Source of the DNA: Saccostrea echinata
Taxonomy: Eukaryota
Assembly: GCF_033153115.1 (NCBI RefSeq)
Contig: NW_026889750.1
Coordinates: 17,484,001-17,548,000, forward strand
DNA length: 64,000 bases
Direction: 5' to 3'
Shown: in pieces, positions 1 through 24,320 of the stretch
Layout of the letters: every line of letters starts with the position of its first letter
Position numbering within the stretch: position 1 is the stretch's first letter
Notes under the pieces: model-generated
Told to the model about the DNA's origin: nothing
Seen by the model: only the letters and a program-made list of their open reading frames with translations
Database searches by the model: none
Translations under genes and position numbers: made by a program

Positions 1-114
1 AAAATAGATTTCTATGTCTCAGCATGTGTCTTTAGATAGTGTCTGAATACCCGCCAAATATCTCAGTGATATCTCAATTCACAAAAAGTAATGCCCAAAA
101 CTGATGCTAAAAAT

Positions 115-1731
115 GTCAGGAGTGCAACACCGTTTGTGACATTTTGAAAATTCAATATTTTTTGAAGATTTGTAAAATAAAGAATAATGGTTTACGTTGG
201 AATGTTTACTTCCTGATAAACGAATGGTTTACGACCTGGTAATACTCGAAGTATTGAGCTTTAAATGTAGACTGTAGCAACTTTTGTTTGACCAAGTTGT
301 AGTCATAGCTGATGTTGAAAAAAAAATGTTATACCATGTCAGGAGTGTAACAGAAAAACTGTAGTATTACCAAAAACATCGATTTTAAAAATCTGAAAGA
401 CAATTAAGTCAAAAAGGAATTATCAAAGTGTAAAGCAATAACTGATATACAATCTAAAACATAAATCACAAGCAGCATTAATGAGACTCAAGTATCTGTG
501 CATACCCAATAATGTCAAGAGTGCAACATTTGATGTTTAGCTCCCCAGCATGAAAAAAACTTTTATCAGTAAATGATTCTCTGGTTTTTATTTGGAAAAT
601 AAAGACTCAAAGAACATTTTTACCAAATAGGTTTATCAATTCCAGGGTCTGTCTGTGTCTCAGGTCTATATTTCTATGGTCAGGAGTGCAATACATTTTT
701 TTTTTAGATTCAAGTGACATGATGAAAAGACTTCTATTCATGCTAAGGAATATTCATTAATTAATAATGATCTATTTGAATAATTTAGTACTAAATTATT
801 GACAGATTTATTATTAAAATCCATCTCTTTTTCAATTTTATCAATTCAGATGTGTTTTTATCTTTTCTTTGATTTTTTATGAATGTAAAATGACTGAAAA
901 ATTGTTATAAAATTCAACTAGTTCCACCTCAACTTCACTGAAACAACGGTACAAGTTCTGGTGCAATTTTCGCTTCACAATTCTAATTTATAGACTCCTA
1001 TGCTCTTGGTCAGGAGTGCAACAAATATGTTAGAATTCTTGATGATCAAATATGAATAAATATAAAGAAAAAAAATGATGAGAAGAATCTTTCTGGTTGA
1101 CCCCAGTTGCTAACAGTGTTTGTCCTGTGAAGAAAAATATACTATAAAATATATTTTATCTTTTAAATATATATATTCAATCTAGTTTTTTGACATAAAT
1201 AGGGAATAATCCAAGATATAAAGTCAAGTTTAAATACTTTCGTGTGTTTTAATTATGAAGTATCGGACTATACATATTGCACAATTTCGTTACCACTTGA
1301 AGTTGCACTTTATGAATTTTTGTGTTCTATGGTTTTATTTTTTAATTTTACTGCAGTCAGGAGTGCAACAAAACTTCTTTTTTTTTTTAAATTATCAATG
1401 ATCTTCATCTATCTTTACTTAAAAATAAATTGCAAAAAAATTGATACTACATGTATTTGATGTTCAGAAAATTATGTCTATCAACTAATTACAGACATTT
1501 TACAGTAAATTCAGAGAATAGTTTTCATCACTTAATACATTTTTAAATACAATGTAGATATGTTACACATTGCATATAATCATGTTTTGAAGTTTTGAAA
1601 ATATGGAAAAACTTGCCGTAAATGATAAAAATATCAAAACGACGAACTGATTACAAAGAATGGGTTATTGTGTGTTATAATTTTTAAAACAATGTTAAAT
1701 AAAATACATATCAGATGTCAGGAGTGCAACA
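115..1731 (+). repeat. Seven same-orientation copies of a 15-bp motif GTCAGGAGTGCAACA, probably subterminal repeats of a DNA transposon truncated by the window edge
   Basis: Copies at 115, 338, 514, 679, 1009, 1356 and 1717 with 0-1 mismatch, separated by unrelated 150-350 bp spacers. Confidence 0.7.
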
Positions 1732-1918
1732 CAATAATGTAAAATAGGGTCATTTCAATATCGAGTATTTTTTGTAAGGAAACTTGTATATCAAAATTCT
1801 TTTTTGGCTTAGATTCAAAGAATTGACCTAAATGGACAAAAAGTGATTTGGGGGAATTTTATTGTTTCATATTTCTTTAATATTAAAACTTTTCAAACCA
1901 GAATTGAAAAAATAATGT

Positions 1919-2214
1919 TTGTTTGTTTGTTGTTTAACGTCCCTCACGAGAATTTTTCACCCATATGGAGACGCCACCACTTGCCGGTGAAGAGCTGCAA
2001 ATTTTGCCCTATGCTCGGCACTTACGGCCATTGAGCAGTGAGGGATCTTTTTCGTGCCAACACCTACTGCGACACGGGACCTCGGTTTATACGGTCTCAT
2101 CCGAAGGACCGGTCTCCACGTCCCACAGTGGGATTCGAACCCGCGACGTAAGGATCAACTCCTTACTCCGCGACTCTAGAGCAGACGCTCTAACCACTGC
2201 GTCACGTGGTCGAC
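1919..2214 (-). mobile_element. tRNA-derived SINE (Meta-domain type), full length
   Basis: A box TGACGCAGTGG, B box GGTTCGAATCC, core TATAAACCGAGGTCCCGTGT...GGCACGAAAAAGATCCC, (AAAC)n tail, 12-bp TSD AAAAAATAATGT (1907-1918 / 2216-2227); homologous to 27878-28177. Confidence 0.9.
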
Positions 2215-5165
2215 AAAAAAATAATGTAAAATAACAATCAAAAAGCCAATTTTTTCCACAGATACAAGAGAAGAAACTCAATTAAGGATTAGATCTGATC
2301 ATTTATATCCCTGATCCCATTTTGAAGCATAAAAAACTATACTTTCTTTTCATTATGTATTTGAAAAAGTCTTTTAGGATGTTGTGATATTTTCCTTTTT
2401 TTTAAAAAAATAAGTTTTACTAATAAAAATTTTGAAACTTTTTTAATCCAAATGTCTATTCTATTGCAACTTCAGGAATTTTAACTGGAATGCATATACA
2501 ATATAATGATATAAATGAAAAATATGTTATGGGTAGTTGAATTTTTTTTTTTTAAAAATTCCATTATGGTGGTCATTATTTTTGAATTCATCCATTAGTA
2601 TTTAAAATAAAATAAAAAATTTTTTACAGTGCATATACTAGCTACATTAAGAGTCTTACTGGCAGAGAAATTTTGTGATTCAGGGAAGAGCAAGACTTTA
2701 TCATAAGCATTTACTGTAGCTGAGACTTGGCCTAAAACTTGTTTTTTAATAAATGGAAATACATTAACGATGAGCATCTCCATTTATTAACACATGTAAA
2801 TAAATTCTGTGCCAAGTGTCAGCAACAGTTCATGTACCTTGCAACTGTTAGGAGTATCTCCATTTATAAACTGGTCTGTAGGAAGCAATTTCAGGGGAAC
2901 ACAATCCATCCCAAATTCCTTGACAAGCTAAAAGGGAAAATACTTTTTTGTTGAATAAGGTTCGTTTTGTAAATACATATTGGCCGGGGTGGGGGCAGCC
3001 TCCCTGTACCCCCCTTCCAATGGGTTTGATTATACCGGGTACTAAACTAGAGACAAGTACAGGAAATTGTTGTGATACAGTATTGTTCTTTCATCCTTTA
3101 TTTTCATATCAATTGTAATACTACATGTATTTGAATACTTTAAGCTTTGTATTTCTTGCAAAATAAAATTGTAATTTCTCGTAATGACAATAATTATAGA
3201 TTATCTAAATTCATTTAAGGTCGTTGGAGAACACATACATTTTTGTTCAAATTTGAGTGAACATGAACCTTGCTTCAAACATTTTCCCCGAAAATCATGA
3301 AAAAAGAAACTAAATCTATGTTAAAGTAAGTTAAGCTACATGACTTAAAGTTTAATTATTTTGTTGCAAGATTTCTCAGTCGTATGTAGAAATATATAAG
3401 GACAAAAAAGAATTTTGAACATCATATAAAATCTACAATTTCTTAATATTTTAGGAATTTGATATAATTTGCATAATTTACAACCAAAATTAGTCCAAAA
3501 ATGTTGAACATGAATCCAATTTTTACATATAGCAAATATGGCCTCTGAATAAATTTCAATTTTGGTGGCGTTTTATGGCTTTATAGGACGGCATAGATTT
3601 TACGAACCAATAGGTCTGTGGAGGATGTTCAGTAATTTGGATGAGTGAAATACAAATATAAGATTGTTTTATCTGCTTTTTAAAATCGTTCTAGGAATTT
3701 TAAATTAAATATAACGTGACAAAAGATTTAAGATTTGTGAATTTTAAGAATATCTTAATTTAAGGACTAATTCTACTTTTTCAAATAATCTTATAGGCAC
3801 TGTAGTCAGTTAGTCGGAATTTTTCTTGCATGGTGGAACCAAAAACAACATTCAAAAAAATTTTCTTAAAAAAAAAATAGTTTTTTCTCTAAGTGCGATA
3901 TTTGAAATTCAATGAAAAAAGTATTGACTGCATGAAAAAAGCAATCTGTAATGTAATCCTGAAAAAAAATAATTTACTAGTTATTGAACGAGTATTTAAT
4001 TCCAACGTATACTTTTTTGCTACAAGCAATTTCAAATTACTGCTCAGACATGCTCAACGTATCAATTAAATCAATGCATTTTAATTTTTTACATTCGTAT
4101 TAAACAATACGCAAGTGGAACCTACCGGGGCTGTTTTCTTCTCCATCGATCTAACCACAGTGATAAAAAAAAATTACAATGATTGAGAAAAATGCTACCC
4201 TTTTTCTGTTAAAAAAATCGTATTAAATTTTCAAATTACTAGTATTCAGTTCTGAAAAAAGTGGTGATATTTCTTACCTAATGAATATGGCGAAAGAAGT
4301 AACCAGCTGTACATGTGAGATAGTGTATATAAGGTTCAGAGATCTAATGATACTAAGTATTAATGATAAATTTGTAATTGTCATACTTGTCAGCTTATTT
4401 GTATGATAAGCTCCTCAGCCTGCACACGATGCACTGGGTAATTTATCCTCTAACTAGATACAGTGTTATACCTGTAATATTGTGTTTATTTATGTTCATC
4501 AAAGGGACAGAAAATGAAGATAGCTCAGAGCAAGTAAAAAGCGGGCTATTTTCCTATTACGAAGTCTGAAATAATTTTTTTTTTACTTTAAACTGTGCGA
4601 TTTTGGAGTTTCACTCAAAAAGTAATCGATCCTTTACTATTTTTTTTTTAACTTTTCACATCTTTAACTTTTGCAATGTGCAAACATGAAAGTACTTTTA
4701 AAAAAACTTTAAAAATATATATACTCGTTTTGGCTACTTTGAAAAATATCATTTGAAAGTTAGCAATTACTAAATGCATGTTTCCTTAAACTTTATTTCT
4801 GAATCATTTTGTTAACAAAGTGGAAAAGAAGTTTCTACCAGGAATCAGTTATGCATGCATACCCCTGACTTTAACTTCGATTTATGTAAGACCGATCATT
4901 CTCATGATAATGAGATAGGTACTTTGTGTCCGGGTTCTATTCTCGTTCGCCGCACCGCTTCAATCAAACCTGAGACGTAAATATGGTTAAAATCCACCTT
5001 TGACGTCACTCTTTTGTTTGAGCGCTCCATTTTTTTCAGGAATGGAGAGTTGCAAATTACATTGAAAACGGAATTTGTTAAATTCATATTCTCCTTTCCG
5101 TGCCTCTACCGAGGAAAGAAAATTTTAATAAGTTAATTTTCATATAAAGAAAATAAATGTGGTAT

Positions 5166-5232
5166 TGTTCAGAATCGAACCCGGTACCTTCACCTTCGTA
5201 GTCAGGTACTCATCTCACTATGCTGTCGAAGC
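5166..5232 (-). pseudogene. Degenerate tRNA-like / SINE-head fragment
   Basis: B box GGTTCGATTC and a decayed A box on the minus strand; no convincing acceptor stem. Confidence 0.4.
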
Positions 5233-5479
5233 TGTTTAAAGACAGTGGATTTAAATAACTTCAGTACACTTTTTTCGCCTTACTTTATATATATATATAA
5301 ATTAAATACTACATGTACTAATATGTTTAATGTATATTTACATTGTATCTTATAAATATTCTTTATTATATATTAACAAACAATAATTGCAAGCATTTAA
5401 AAAGGTGGATTTTAAGCGGGTCTCGAGGCCTCGGCTCCATTACTTTTAAGGAATGGAGCGCAACTCGTACATTAACCCT

Positions 5480-5717
5480 AACGTTGTGAGTGTTCCTTTG
5501 CCAAGCGAAGTGAAAGTCATGATCACGGGTCTTTCGGATGAAATCTTAAAATGTCCCGTGTCACGGTATGCGTTGGCACGATATAGAACCCTCACTGCTA
5601 AAGGGCCCTGAGTGCTGAGTATAGGTCTAAATTTGAAGTTCTTCATCGGAATATGGTGACGTCTCCCTATGAGTGAAAAATTTTCGAATGGGACGCAAAA
5701 CAACCTTCAATCAATCA
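5480..5717 (+). mobile_element. Diverged Meta-type SINE relative with a different or absent head
   Basis: Shares TTCGGATGA...TCCCGTGTC...TGGCACG...CCCTCACTGCT...GAGTGAAAAATT...GGGACG with the two full copies; (TCAA)n tail. Confidence 0.75.
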
Positions 5718-6364
5718 TTTTTAGATTCAATACCTATATTCTTAGACCAAACACCTGTGTTTGTAAAGCTCTGTTATTGTTTTTGTTCACGTTTTACCAG
5801 AAGTATTTGATTTGCTAACACTGCAAACATCACTGAACACAAACAGACAACACTGGTATGTTGGTTTTGCTTTCTTACATTTCTATTTTGACTTTTCTTG
5901 AATATAGTTATATATATATTATTATTATTACACCACATTATTATTTCCCACTTTTCTTATATTAAAGATATTAAAGTCCAAGGATGTATCATAATGGCAA
6001 TCAAACACACAAAAAATTCTTAGTTTTAATAATTTTCAGATAAAAAGAGTATCTTAAACGCTTTCAGTTTGTAATATTATAATATCGATTTGAAACGCTC
6101 TTAATTGCAACATATAGGTCATAAAATTCTATCTAAAGCTTAAAAGAATACAAACTTCAAATCTGTGTCTATCTTAAGCAATTCTTTTAAAAAGAGGAGA
6201 AAACTTGACTTGTTATTATTTATTTCATCTTCTTGCACATTATCTTTCATATTTAAAAGGAGTTATATATCATAAAATCTCTCAACAATGTACAAGTGTT
6301 ACAAAAATTATAACAAACAACAATGGAGTTATGTGTGTCGTTGTAGATCTTCTTTAGGAGACAT

Positions 6365-6528
6365 TTAACCCTGTGTGGCCTTTGGCCCTCCACCTGCTCC
6401 ACCACCCATCATACGCCTCAACATCATCATCTGCATCAAATCGTCCATGGCCATCATTTCCCCGCCTCCCAGCATCATCAATCCTAGTAAGTTATTTCCT
6501 CCGAACATTCCCCCTCCTGGGCCCATTA
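6365..6528 (-). CDS. Met/Gly-rich protein last exon
   Basis: CCACAG acceptor; C-terminal part of ORF 6365..6628; TAA stop. Confidence 0.88.
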
Positions 6529-7981
6529 CTGTGGATAAATCAGAACAAATACTCAGTATAGTGCTAAAACGTGAATTCACAGCAGATTTGTTGAGAAGTT
6601 CTTCTAACGCCTTGAAGGAGGTTTTCATCGATTTAATTTTTGTTACAGGGCAAAATATATCGCTATCATATATAGTTTTTGCAGTTATTTCAATCTTTCC
6701 ATTTGGTTATTTGAAATAAAAAATATAGATGGAACTGCATATCAGATGTAATTTTCCCCAAAACTTATTTATTGGTAGCTGCGTTTTGTCGTAAGAGTTA
6801 CCTCTAAAACTCCAAATTCAATGTGCTAGCAAGCAAGATTTATTCAAAATTGTTTGGACCAAAACATGCAATTACATGTATGAATACAATAAGATAAAAA
6901 TAATAATAATTATAATAAAAAGACGATTTAGTGAATATGAGGGGTACTTGTTTATCAAAAGATACTTACATGACTTCATCATCATATAGTTCATCATAGT
7001 TTCTGAAAAAGAAATGTCATTACTAAAATACACAATGAACGACACAGCATGATACATTCATCTGTAATAAAGACTTAGGCCTTTGCATAGTATCTGTTTA
7101 TTTGCATGTACGTTTCTTTCTGAATGCTTAATACAACCCAATAGATATGGTTCTAAATCAACGATTGAAGAGTTTCTATGCCTGAAAGTTCTCCTGAGAT
7201 TCATGAATTTCTCAGCTCATCAACATGACCAAGTCAGTCCCCCAAGGAAAGAGAAGATTTTGTAAAGGTATATTCATTTCTAATAAAATAAAAACTTTTC
7301 CAAATGGGAGCTGATCATTGGTGACACAAATTTAATCATTTGACAAAGAAATCATCATAGTAAACTTGAATGTTTTTTAACCAGTAAAGAAGATTATAAA
7401 AGGTGTAACGAATTTTTAATGTATAACCAGTTTAGCCCATCCTCGAGGTCTGAACCCTGACAAGAAATTCACAGTTTTGGTTGACGGCAAACTGAGCATC
7501 ATAACATTATAATCATGTTTAAAAAATTGTCTGCTATATGTCTCAGAGTAAAGATTTTCAGATCTAATAAGTTTTCAATATATGACAAATTTATAGACCC
7601 ACAATGGGGTCTACGTCATGGGCATGAATTTCACTACTAGTAGATAGATAAGAGTTTATTACAGTTTGCTAGGTGGTAACCCAAGAGTAAAGAATACTAC
7701 ATATATTATAGAGTAAAGAATGTAAATTACTCAATCAAGGAAAATATTACAAGTAAACTTTCTATTTTTGTAAATTACAATCAATATCGGTATCACTCTA
7801 TATACTGATGAGCGACTTTCTCCTAGAGTTACTATATCACTATAGGAGACCAAAGTGTTCATAGCACACCTGACATTCCAGATGACGGCTGTTGTCTTGA
7901 AGCCCCCCTGGATCTTGATCTCTGGCACCACGCACAACCAACCAGTAAAAGAGCAGCAATTAGAGCCAGAAAGGTCTTCAT
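6365..7981 (-). CDS. Small secreted Met/Gly-rich protein, 102 aa, 3 coding exons (7981-7870, 7002-6970, 6528-6365)
   Basis: Exons of 112+33+164=309 nt joined by two phase-1 GT-AG introns give MKTFLALIAALLLVGCAWC-QRSRSRGASRQQPSSGMSETMMNYMMMKSLMGPGGGMFGGNNLLGLMMLGGGEMMAMDDLMQMMMLRRMMGGGAGGGPKATQG*. Classical signal peptide; AATAAA on the minus strand at 6224-6219. Confidence 0.88.
6970..7002 (-). CDS. Met/Gly-rich protein coding exon 2 (33 nt, ETMMNYMMMKS)
   Basis: TTTTTCAG acceptor, T|GTAAGT donor, phase 1-1. Confidence 0.85.
7870..7981 (-). CDS. Met/Gly-rich protein coding exon 1 (signal peptide)
   Basis: TTTTAG acceptor at 7989-7988, ACAATG start, MKTFLALIAALLLVGCAWCQRSRSRGASRQQPSSGMS, donor TCAG|GTGTGC. 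Confidence 0.85.
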
Positions 7982-9737
7982 TGTAATCTAAAATCAATAC
8001 CCAAATAAGAATAATGCCGATAGAAAATGATTATGGAGATCTTAATAGGAAATAGTTGCATTTGACATTAGTTCTTTGGGAAAAAAAAAACTTTTTATCT
8101 TCAAATCACTGTAATTTACAAGTGCAAATTACAGCATATGAATACATATTCAATGTCATCTAAATTCCTGTTTGCCGTTTAACCACAGTGCTTTGAATAT
8201 TATATCAAATGTATATGATATTTTTCAAGTTTATAATTTCCCTCCTGAATGACCTCCATGTTATTTTTCAGATACACTCTTCAACGCCTGAACGTCAGCA
8301 AAAAAGAAATCAGATTTCAGATATTAATGACGTTGCCTCAAATTAAGGGATGATGAATACATTTTTATCATTTTATAGTGTATTCAGGTAAGGTTGTGAC
8401 TCAAAGTAATGCAAGATTTGTTCGAAGTTTCGTTTAGGTTTTCTGCTCAACCAATATTTTAGAGTTGCACTAATTAAATGTTTGAAATAAGAAAAATCAG
8501 AGCGAATATTATACATGTACATATAATTGTTTTCCTCTTCCTAGAACTTTATTAAAATCATATTTTTGAATTGTTGGCGAGACTGCATAATTTAGTTTCT
8601 TCTAAATTAATAGGTGAAAAGTGACCTTCTTCTTTTTAAATCAATATCTAGAGATGCCGTGCTTCGTAAATGCATCAGAACTCCTTCCTACCAAATAATG
8701 AACAAATCTATCATAAATTCATATATTTATCGAGCATCAAAAGAAGTGATATGACGACACGTGATATAGTTCTGACAGTTAAATGATATGTTTGACTCGT
8801 ACGTCACATAAATCTGTCCGTCTAGTTCTGTAGTATGCTCACTTTTATTTTCACAAAAATTATTTGGGATCAGGGAGGGAAAATAAGATAAACTTTATTT
8901 CTTTGAGCCCATTGGGTGTCTTAAATCTTAACTGAAGAACTGAAGAAAATTGTAATCTCTATGTATATCCATTAGAAAGACATTATAGGCCTATGCCAAT
9001 ATTTTTACGTACTGTTTTTTGACTACTTTAAGAATTATTTTAGATAATTGGTCGGTTATCATGAGAAACTAACAGATCTAGTTGGTTGACAGTTGCATAG
9101 TGCAAAAAATACTGGAGTCACAAGTTCTAGCGTCAGTTTACTGAATTTTGTTACTAATCCAAACTGATAGAAAAGAATATATCCACTGCTTTCTTTCTTT
9201 TTCTCTTATGAAAAAATACAACACCAAAAACATTTTAAAGGTAAAATACATGCAGCCATAACCAGAATTACGGGCATATCAGGTACTAATATTACACAAG
9301 AAATTATTTTGAAAACAATTCACTATCCGATACTGAGTATATCATTACATTCGTTTTTTTTTAATTATATTAAAATATAAAAATGATGTTTTAAAAAGTA
9401 AAAGACGATCCAGGACCAAGAAATAAAAGCTAGTAAAATACTTCAAGCAAGAATGAATTCAGACCTGCTAAACATTCAAAAGAAACAAAAATTGATGCAT
9501 AGAAATTTTATTTAGCTCCATGGACCCTCGTGCCCATTAGAATGACTCAAATACAAAATCATGATTGTTGAACATTCTAACGCTTATCGGAGGAAAATAC
9601 ACGTTCTCAAAATTACCAGTATCCAGCGGAATTGTTTAGCGCTATAGTTTGAAAATTTATTTGAAAAATTGCAGACGGGATTATTCATCAGTAAATACCT
9701 AAATTTTAGACTGAAAAAGAAAGTTCTAAATATTTAC

Positions 9738-9820
9738 CTGTCTAGTATAATGCAACAATGTAGGTCAGTTTTCAATCCTTTCTGATTTGACATATGATAT
9801 GCACTTCGGTATATAAATAA
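9738..9820 (-). promoter_or_regulatory. Putative TATA-like box and non-coding first exon of the Met/Gly-rich gene
   Basis: Minus strand: TATTTATATA (~9819-9810), Inr-like TCAGA ~25-30 nt downstream, strong donor CAG|GTAAAT at 9738/9737. The ATG exon has an acceptor 6 nt upstream of the ATG, so an upstream exon is expected. Confidence 0.5.
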
Positions 9821-10952
9821 TATTTCCCTGCAATTAATATATGGAGGTATATTTTTATTTATCATTTATTACATTCCCTTGTCCGCTGTTTTGACACAAA
9901 TCGCCCTGCTGTCAGGTGCGTGACGGATAACCATTCCTTCAACATGCGCAGGTCCATTTCAATAGGCTTGACCGTATTGGTCGGTTTTTCCTTTATTTGT
10001 GAGTGTGTATATATATTGTCCTGCGAAAGGTTACCGGTACTTGCTCGCACTGCTGATGAAAGTAGTACATCAAAACATAGGCAGGATTCATTAAACACTT
10101 TAGGCCGGAGAGCAACAAATATTTACGGCGTAGTAAAAAAAAAATATGCACGTGTATAATGTAGAAGTTTGCTAGAATATTAATATAACTTATAGTCTCA
10201 AAAAATGACCAAAGAAATATAAAAAAAAAGTTGCATAATGAGATACAAGTAGACATAAATATAAGACAGGGCGATAAATTAGATTTAGGCTGAGTTATGA
10301 TGCATGGAATTGTTGGACTCGTTATGGTATACATCTAACTATATGCATACTCTAACTGCTACGCAGTCCTGCATCTTAATTACATGTAGATGTTAAGATG
10401 AAAGTAGAAAGAAGTATTTCTTCGTTTCATCGAATTTTTTTTATCGAGTTTTATACTACAGGGTGAACGAAAATACTTCATGAAAGAGAGCAATAATCCA
10501 ATATATGCGTGCAATTAAGAATTATATGACTGTTCATTTAAATTGCATGATTTAATTAATACTCATTAATAATACGCACCATAACTGAATTATTGCTCTT
10601 ATCAACTGGATTAATGATATCATTTCATTCAATATATACGTGCATCCATTCTTTAAGAGAGAGAGCATTTTAAATTAATAATGACATTTTTAACATATAT
10701 CCGTCATTGAAAAATTATCTTTTATTGCTGCTCTCGTTGAAGAAAAATATATTTATGCGCATCAATTCTGATAAATTGAAATTTTGTTTATATTTCACTT
10801 TAACTTTATATCAATTGATATATATTAATTGCATTAAACAGATAAAGAAATGATTTATACCTAGCTTTAAAATTGATTTTGTGAACTATAAATCTACCGC
10901 TTTGAAGAACATCATCACTTCAATATATGAGATCAATGATTGAATTGTTTCG

Positions 10953-11095
10953 CGCATCAAATCAATTATTGCACGCAATAAATGAAATGATTTTCGCATC
11001 AAATCAATTATTGCATGCAAAAAATGAAAATTTTCGCATAAAATCAATTATTACACGCAATAAATGAAATATTTTTGCATCAAATCAATTATTGT
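10953..11095 (+). repeat. ~41-bp tandem repeat, ~3.5 copies
   Basis: Unit CGCATCAAATCAATTATTGCACGCAATAAATGAAATGATTTT repeated with few changes. Confidence 0.8.
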
Positions 11096-11400
11096 TCACA
11101 TCTATTTAATCGAAAAGCGTTTCAAATTTTTAATGTACTTATTTCAATTAATGAAAGCAATAATTGAGTTTATGCTACATGCATCTTCAAATATAAATGT
11201 AAAGATATCCTTAAATATTTACATTTCCAATGTCTTTGTCCAAGATAAAATTACAAATTGTAAAAACTCTTTATTTCTACATAAATCTACTGGTTCATCG
11301 ATAGGCGCGGTTAAAAAAAAATCACGTGCGGGGCGGGACAAATAGAGACAGAAGCGGGGCTATTAGCACGGGAATTTGCAGAATCAGGAGCATGTAAATA

Positions 11401-11561
11401 TAAGGAATAACTGTCAGATTTTTTGGATTCATGACGATGATCAATCGATTGGCTTGCGTGATAATTTTATGCATAAACGCCTTCGGCGTTTATGCAAATT
11501 ATCACGCAAGCCACTCGATTGATCACATCATGAATCCAAAAAATTAGACAGTTATTCCTTA
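11401..11561. mobile_element. Fully palindromic fold-back MITE (161 bp)
   Basis: TAAGGAATAACTGTC...GACAGTTATTCCTTA; the arms pair almost throughout around a CTTCGG apex. Confidence 0.8.
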
Positions 11562-12305
11562 ATTAAATTGCACTCAATATGCACGCAGATTATCAACTAA
11601 AAGAGAGCAGTAATTCAGAAACTGCACTCATTTACACATAGAATTATTGTGCTCTCCAGCTGTATAAATCATTTTGTATCAATTCAATTTTTGATAAATG
11701 TCATTAATTCAATTCGAAATTAACAATATTCAACAATTGCAAGCATCAATTTAGAATATTAATCAAATGCTTTCAATAATTTAATACATAATAGTTCAGA
11801 ATATAATTGAAGGTATCATTGTTTATTTGAAAAGATCTTTGAGTTAATTCAGTACAATTTCTACACTGTATAAATTTAATGTGATATTTATAATGGACAA
11901 ATGTGATTCTCATGATGATGATAGACTGTCAAATGAAACTGCAATTGTGTTCACTTTCAAACAATATAACAACGTCTCTATTTTACTGTAGTAACCAAAA
12001 TGATATAAAATCCACTTATGATATACTGTAGCATACATGTATGTGAAGGTACATATATTTGCAAAAATAATATTATCATGTATGTGGATGAATTGTACTT
12101 ATTCAAAACCAAACTCAGATCTTTGCTACCAACAAGTGATAGAAGTAATAGCACAATGGAATTTTATCTTTAAGAGTTTAAAAAGGTGAATATCTAATGT
12201 TACAATTGTATCATTTGTGGATGAAAATTTGAACTCTAATGCTACATTATATCACAAATGAATTTTATATCATTAAGAGTTACTGCCAGTTACTTCTTAA
12301 ACATC

Positions 12306-23831
<11,526 letters not shown>

Positions 23832-23959
23832 TTTTAAAGTTTATAATATATTGTCCAAGTAGAATTTTGGTGATATTTCGAAAACAATTTTTCTTTATCA
23901 TGCACCACAGGATCTTCTTTGGCGAATGTAAAATACAGAATGATAAAGACGATGCAGAA

Positions 23960-23971
23960 ATTTCCGGAAAT
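23960..23971. promoter_or_regulatory. Palindromic ETS-type motif ATTTCCGGAAAT, putative PSMD14 promoter element
   Basis: Perfect 12-bp palindrome with a CCGGAA core ~130 bp upstream of the PSMD14 ATG, in a locally CpG-richer region. Confidence 0.45.
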
Positions 23972-24043
23972 GTTGACGAATAAGGGTACTGAACGTCTTC
24001 TTAATTAATGATTGACCAGTCACCTTAATGTTTACAATACCAG

Positions 24044-24264
24044 GGGCCCGTTTTACAAAAGAACTTACGACTAAGACCAAAAACTGTAGTTGATAGTAAA
24101 CTTTTTACAAAATTAATTATTCTGTTTAAAATTGCTTTTGTAAACATATCTTACTGCATTCCTTTTAAAAAGATTAAAACCATTGTCAATATAATGTTAA
24201 TTAGAAAGTTATATGCAAAATTAAATTTTGGTCTTAGTCGTAAGTTCTTTTGTAAAACGGGCCC
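24044..24264. mobile_element. PIF/Harbinger MITE just upstream of PSMD14
   Basis: Perfect 39-bp TIR GGGCCCGTTTTACAAAAGAACTTACGACTAAGACCAAAA, CAG TSD. Confidence 0.88.
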
Positions 24265-24320
24265 CAGGAATTTTACGTATCAAAGATGTCTGACGACGTT
24301 TTTTTTTAATTCTAGGGTTT

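Noticed and set aside
115-1731. CRISPR-like repeat/spacer pattern
   Set aside because: The repeat is only 15 bp, spacers are 150-350 bp and irregular, the context is eukaryotic, and there are no cas genes
2117-2214. Functional tRNA gene (also 27880-27977)
   Set aside because: Continuous with a SINE body, tail and TSD; no proper cloverleaf
1843-2281. ORFs overlapping the SINE (also 27842-28299, 5446-5703)
   Set aside because: Chance ORFs within SINE sequence
6375-6719. Plus-strand Pro-rich ORF (MAFGPPPAPPP...)
   Set aside because: It is the antisense shadow of the Gly/Met-rich exon; the splice signals and signal peptide support the minus strand
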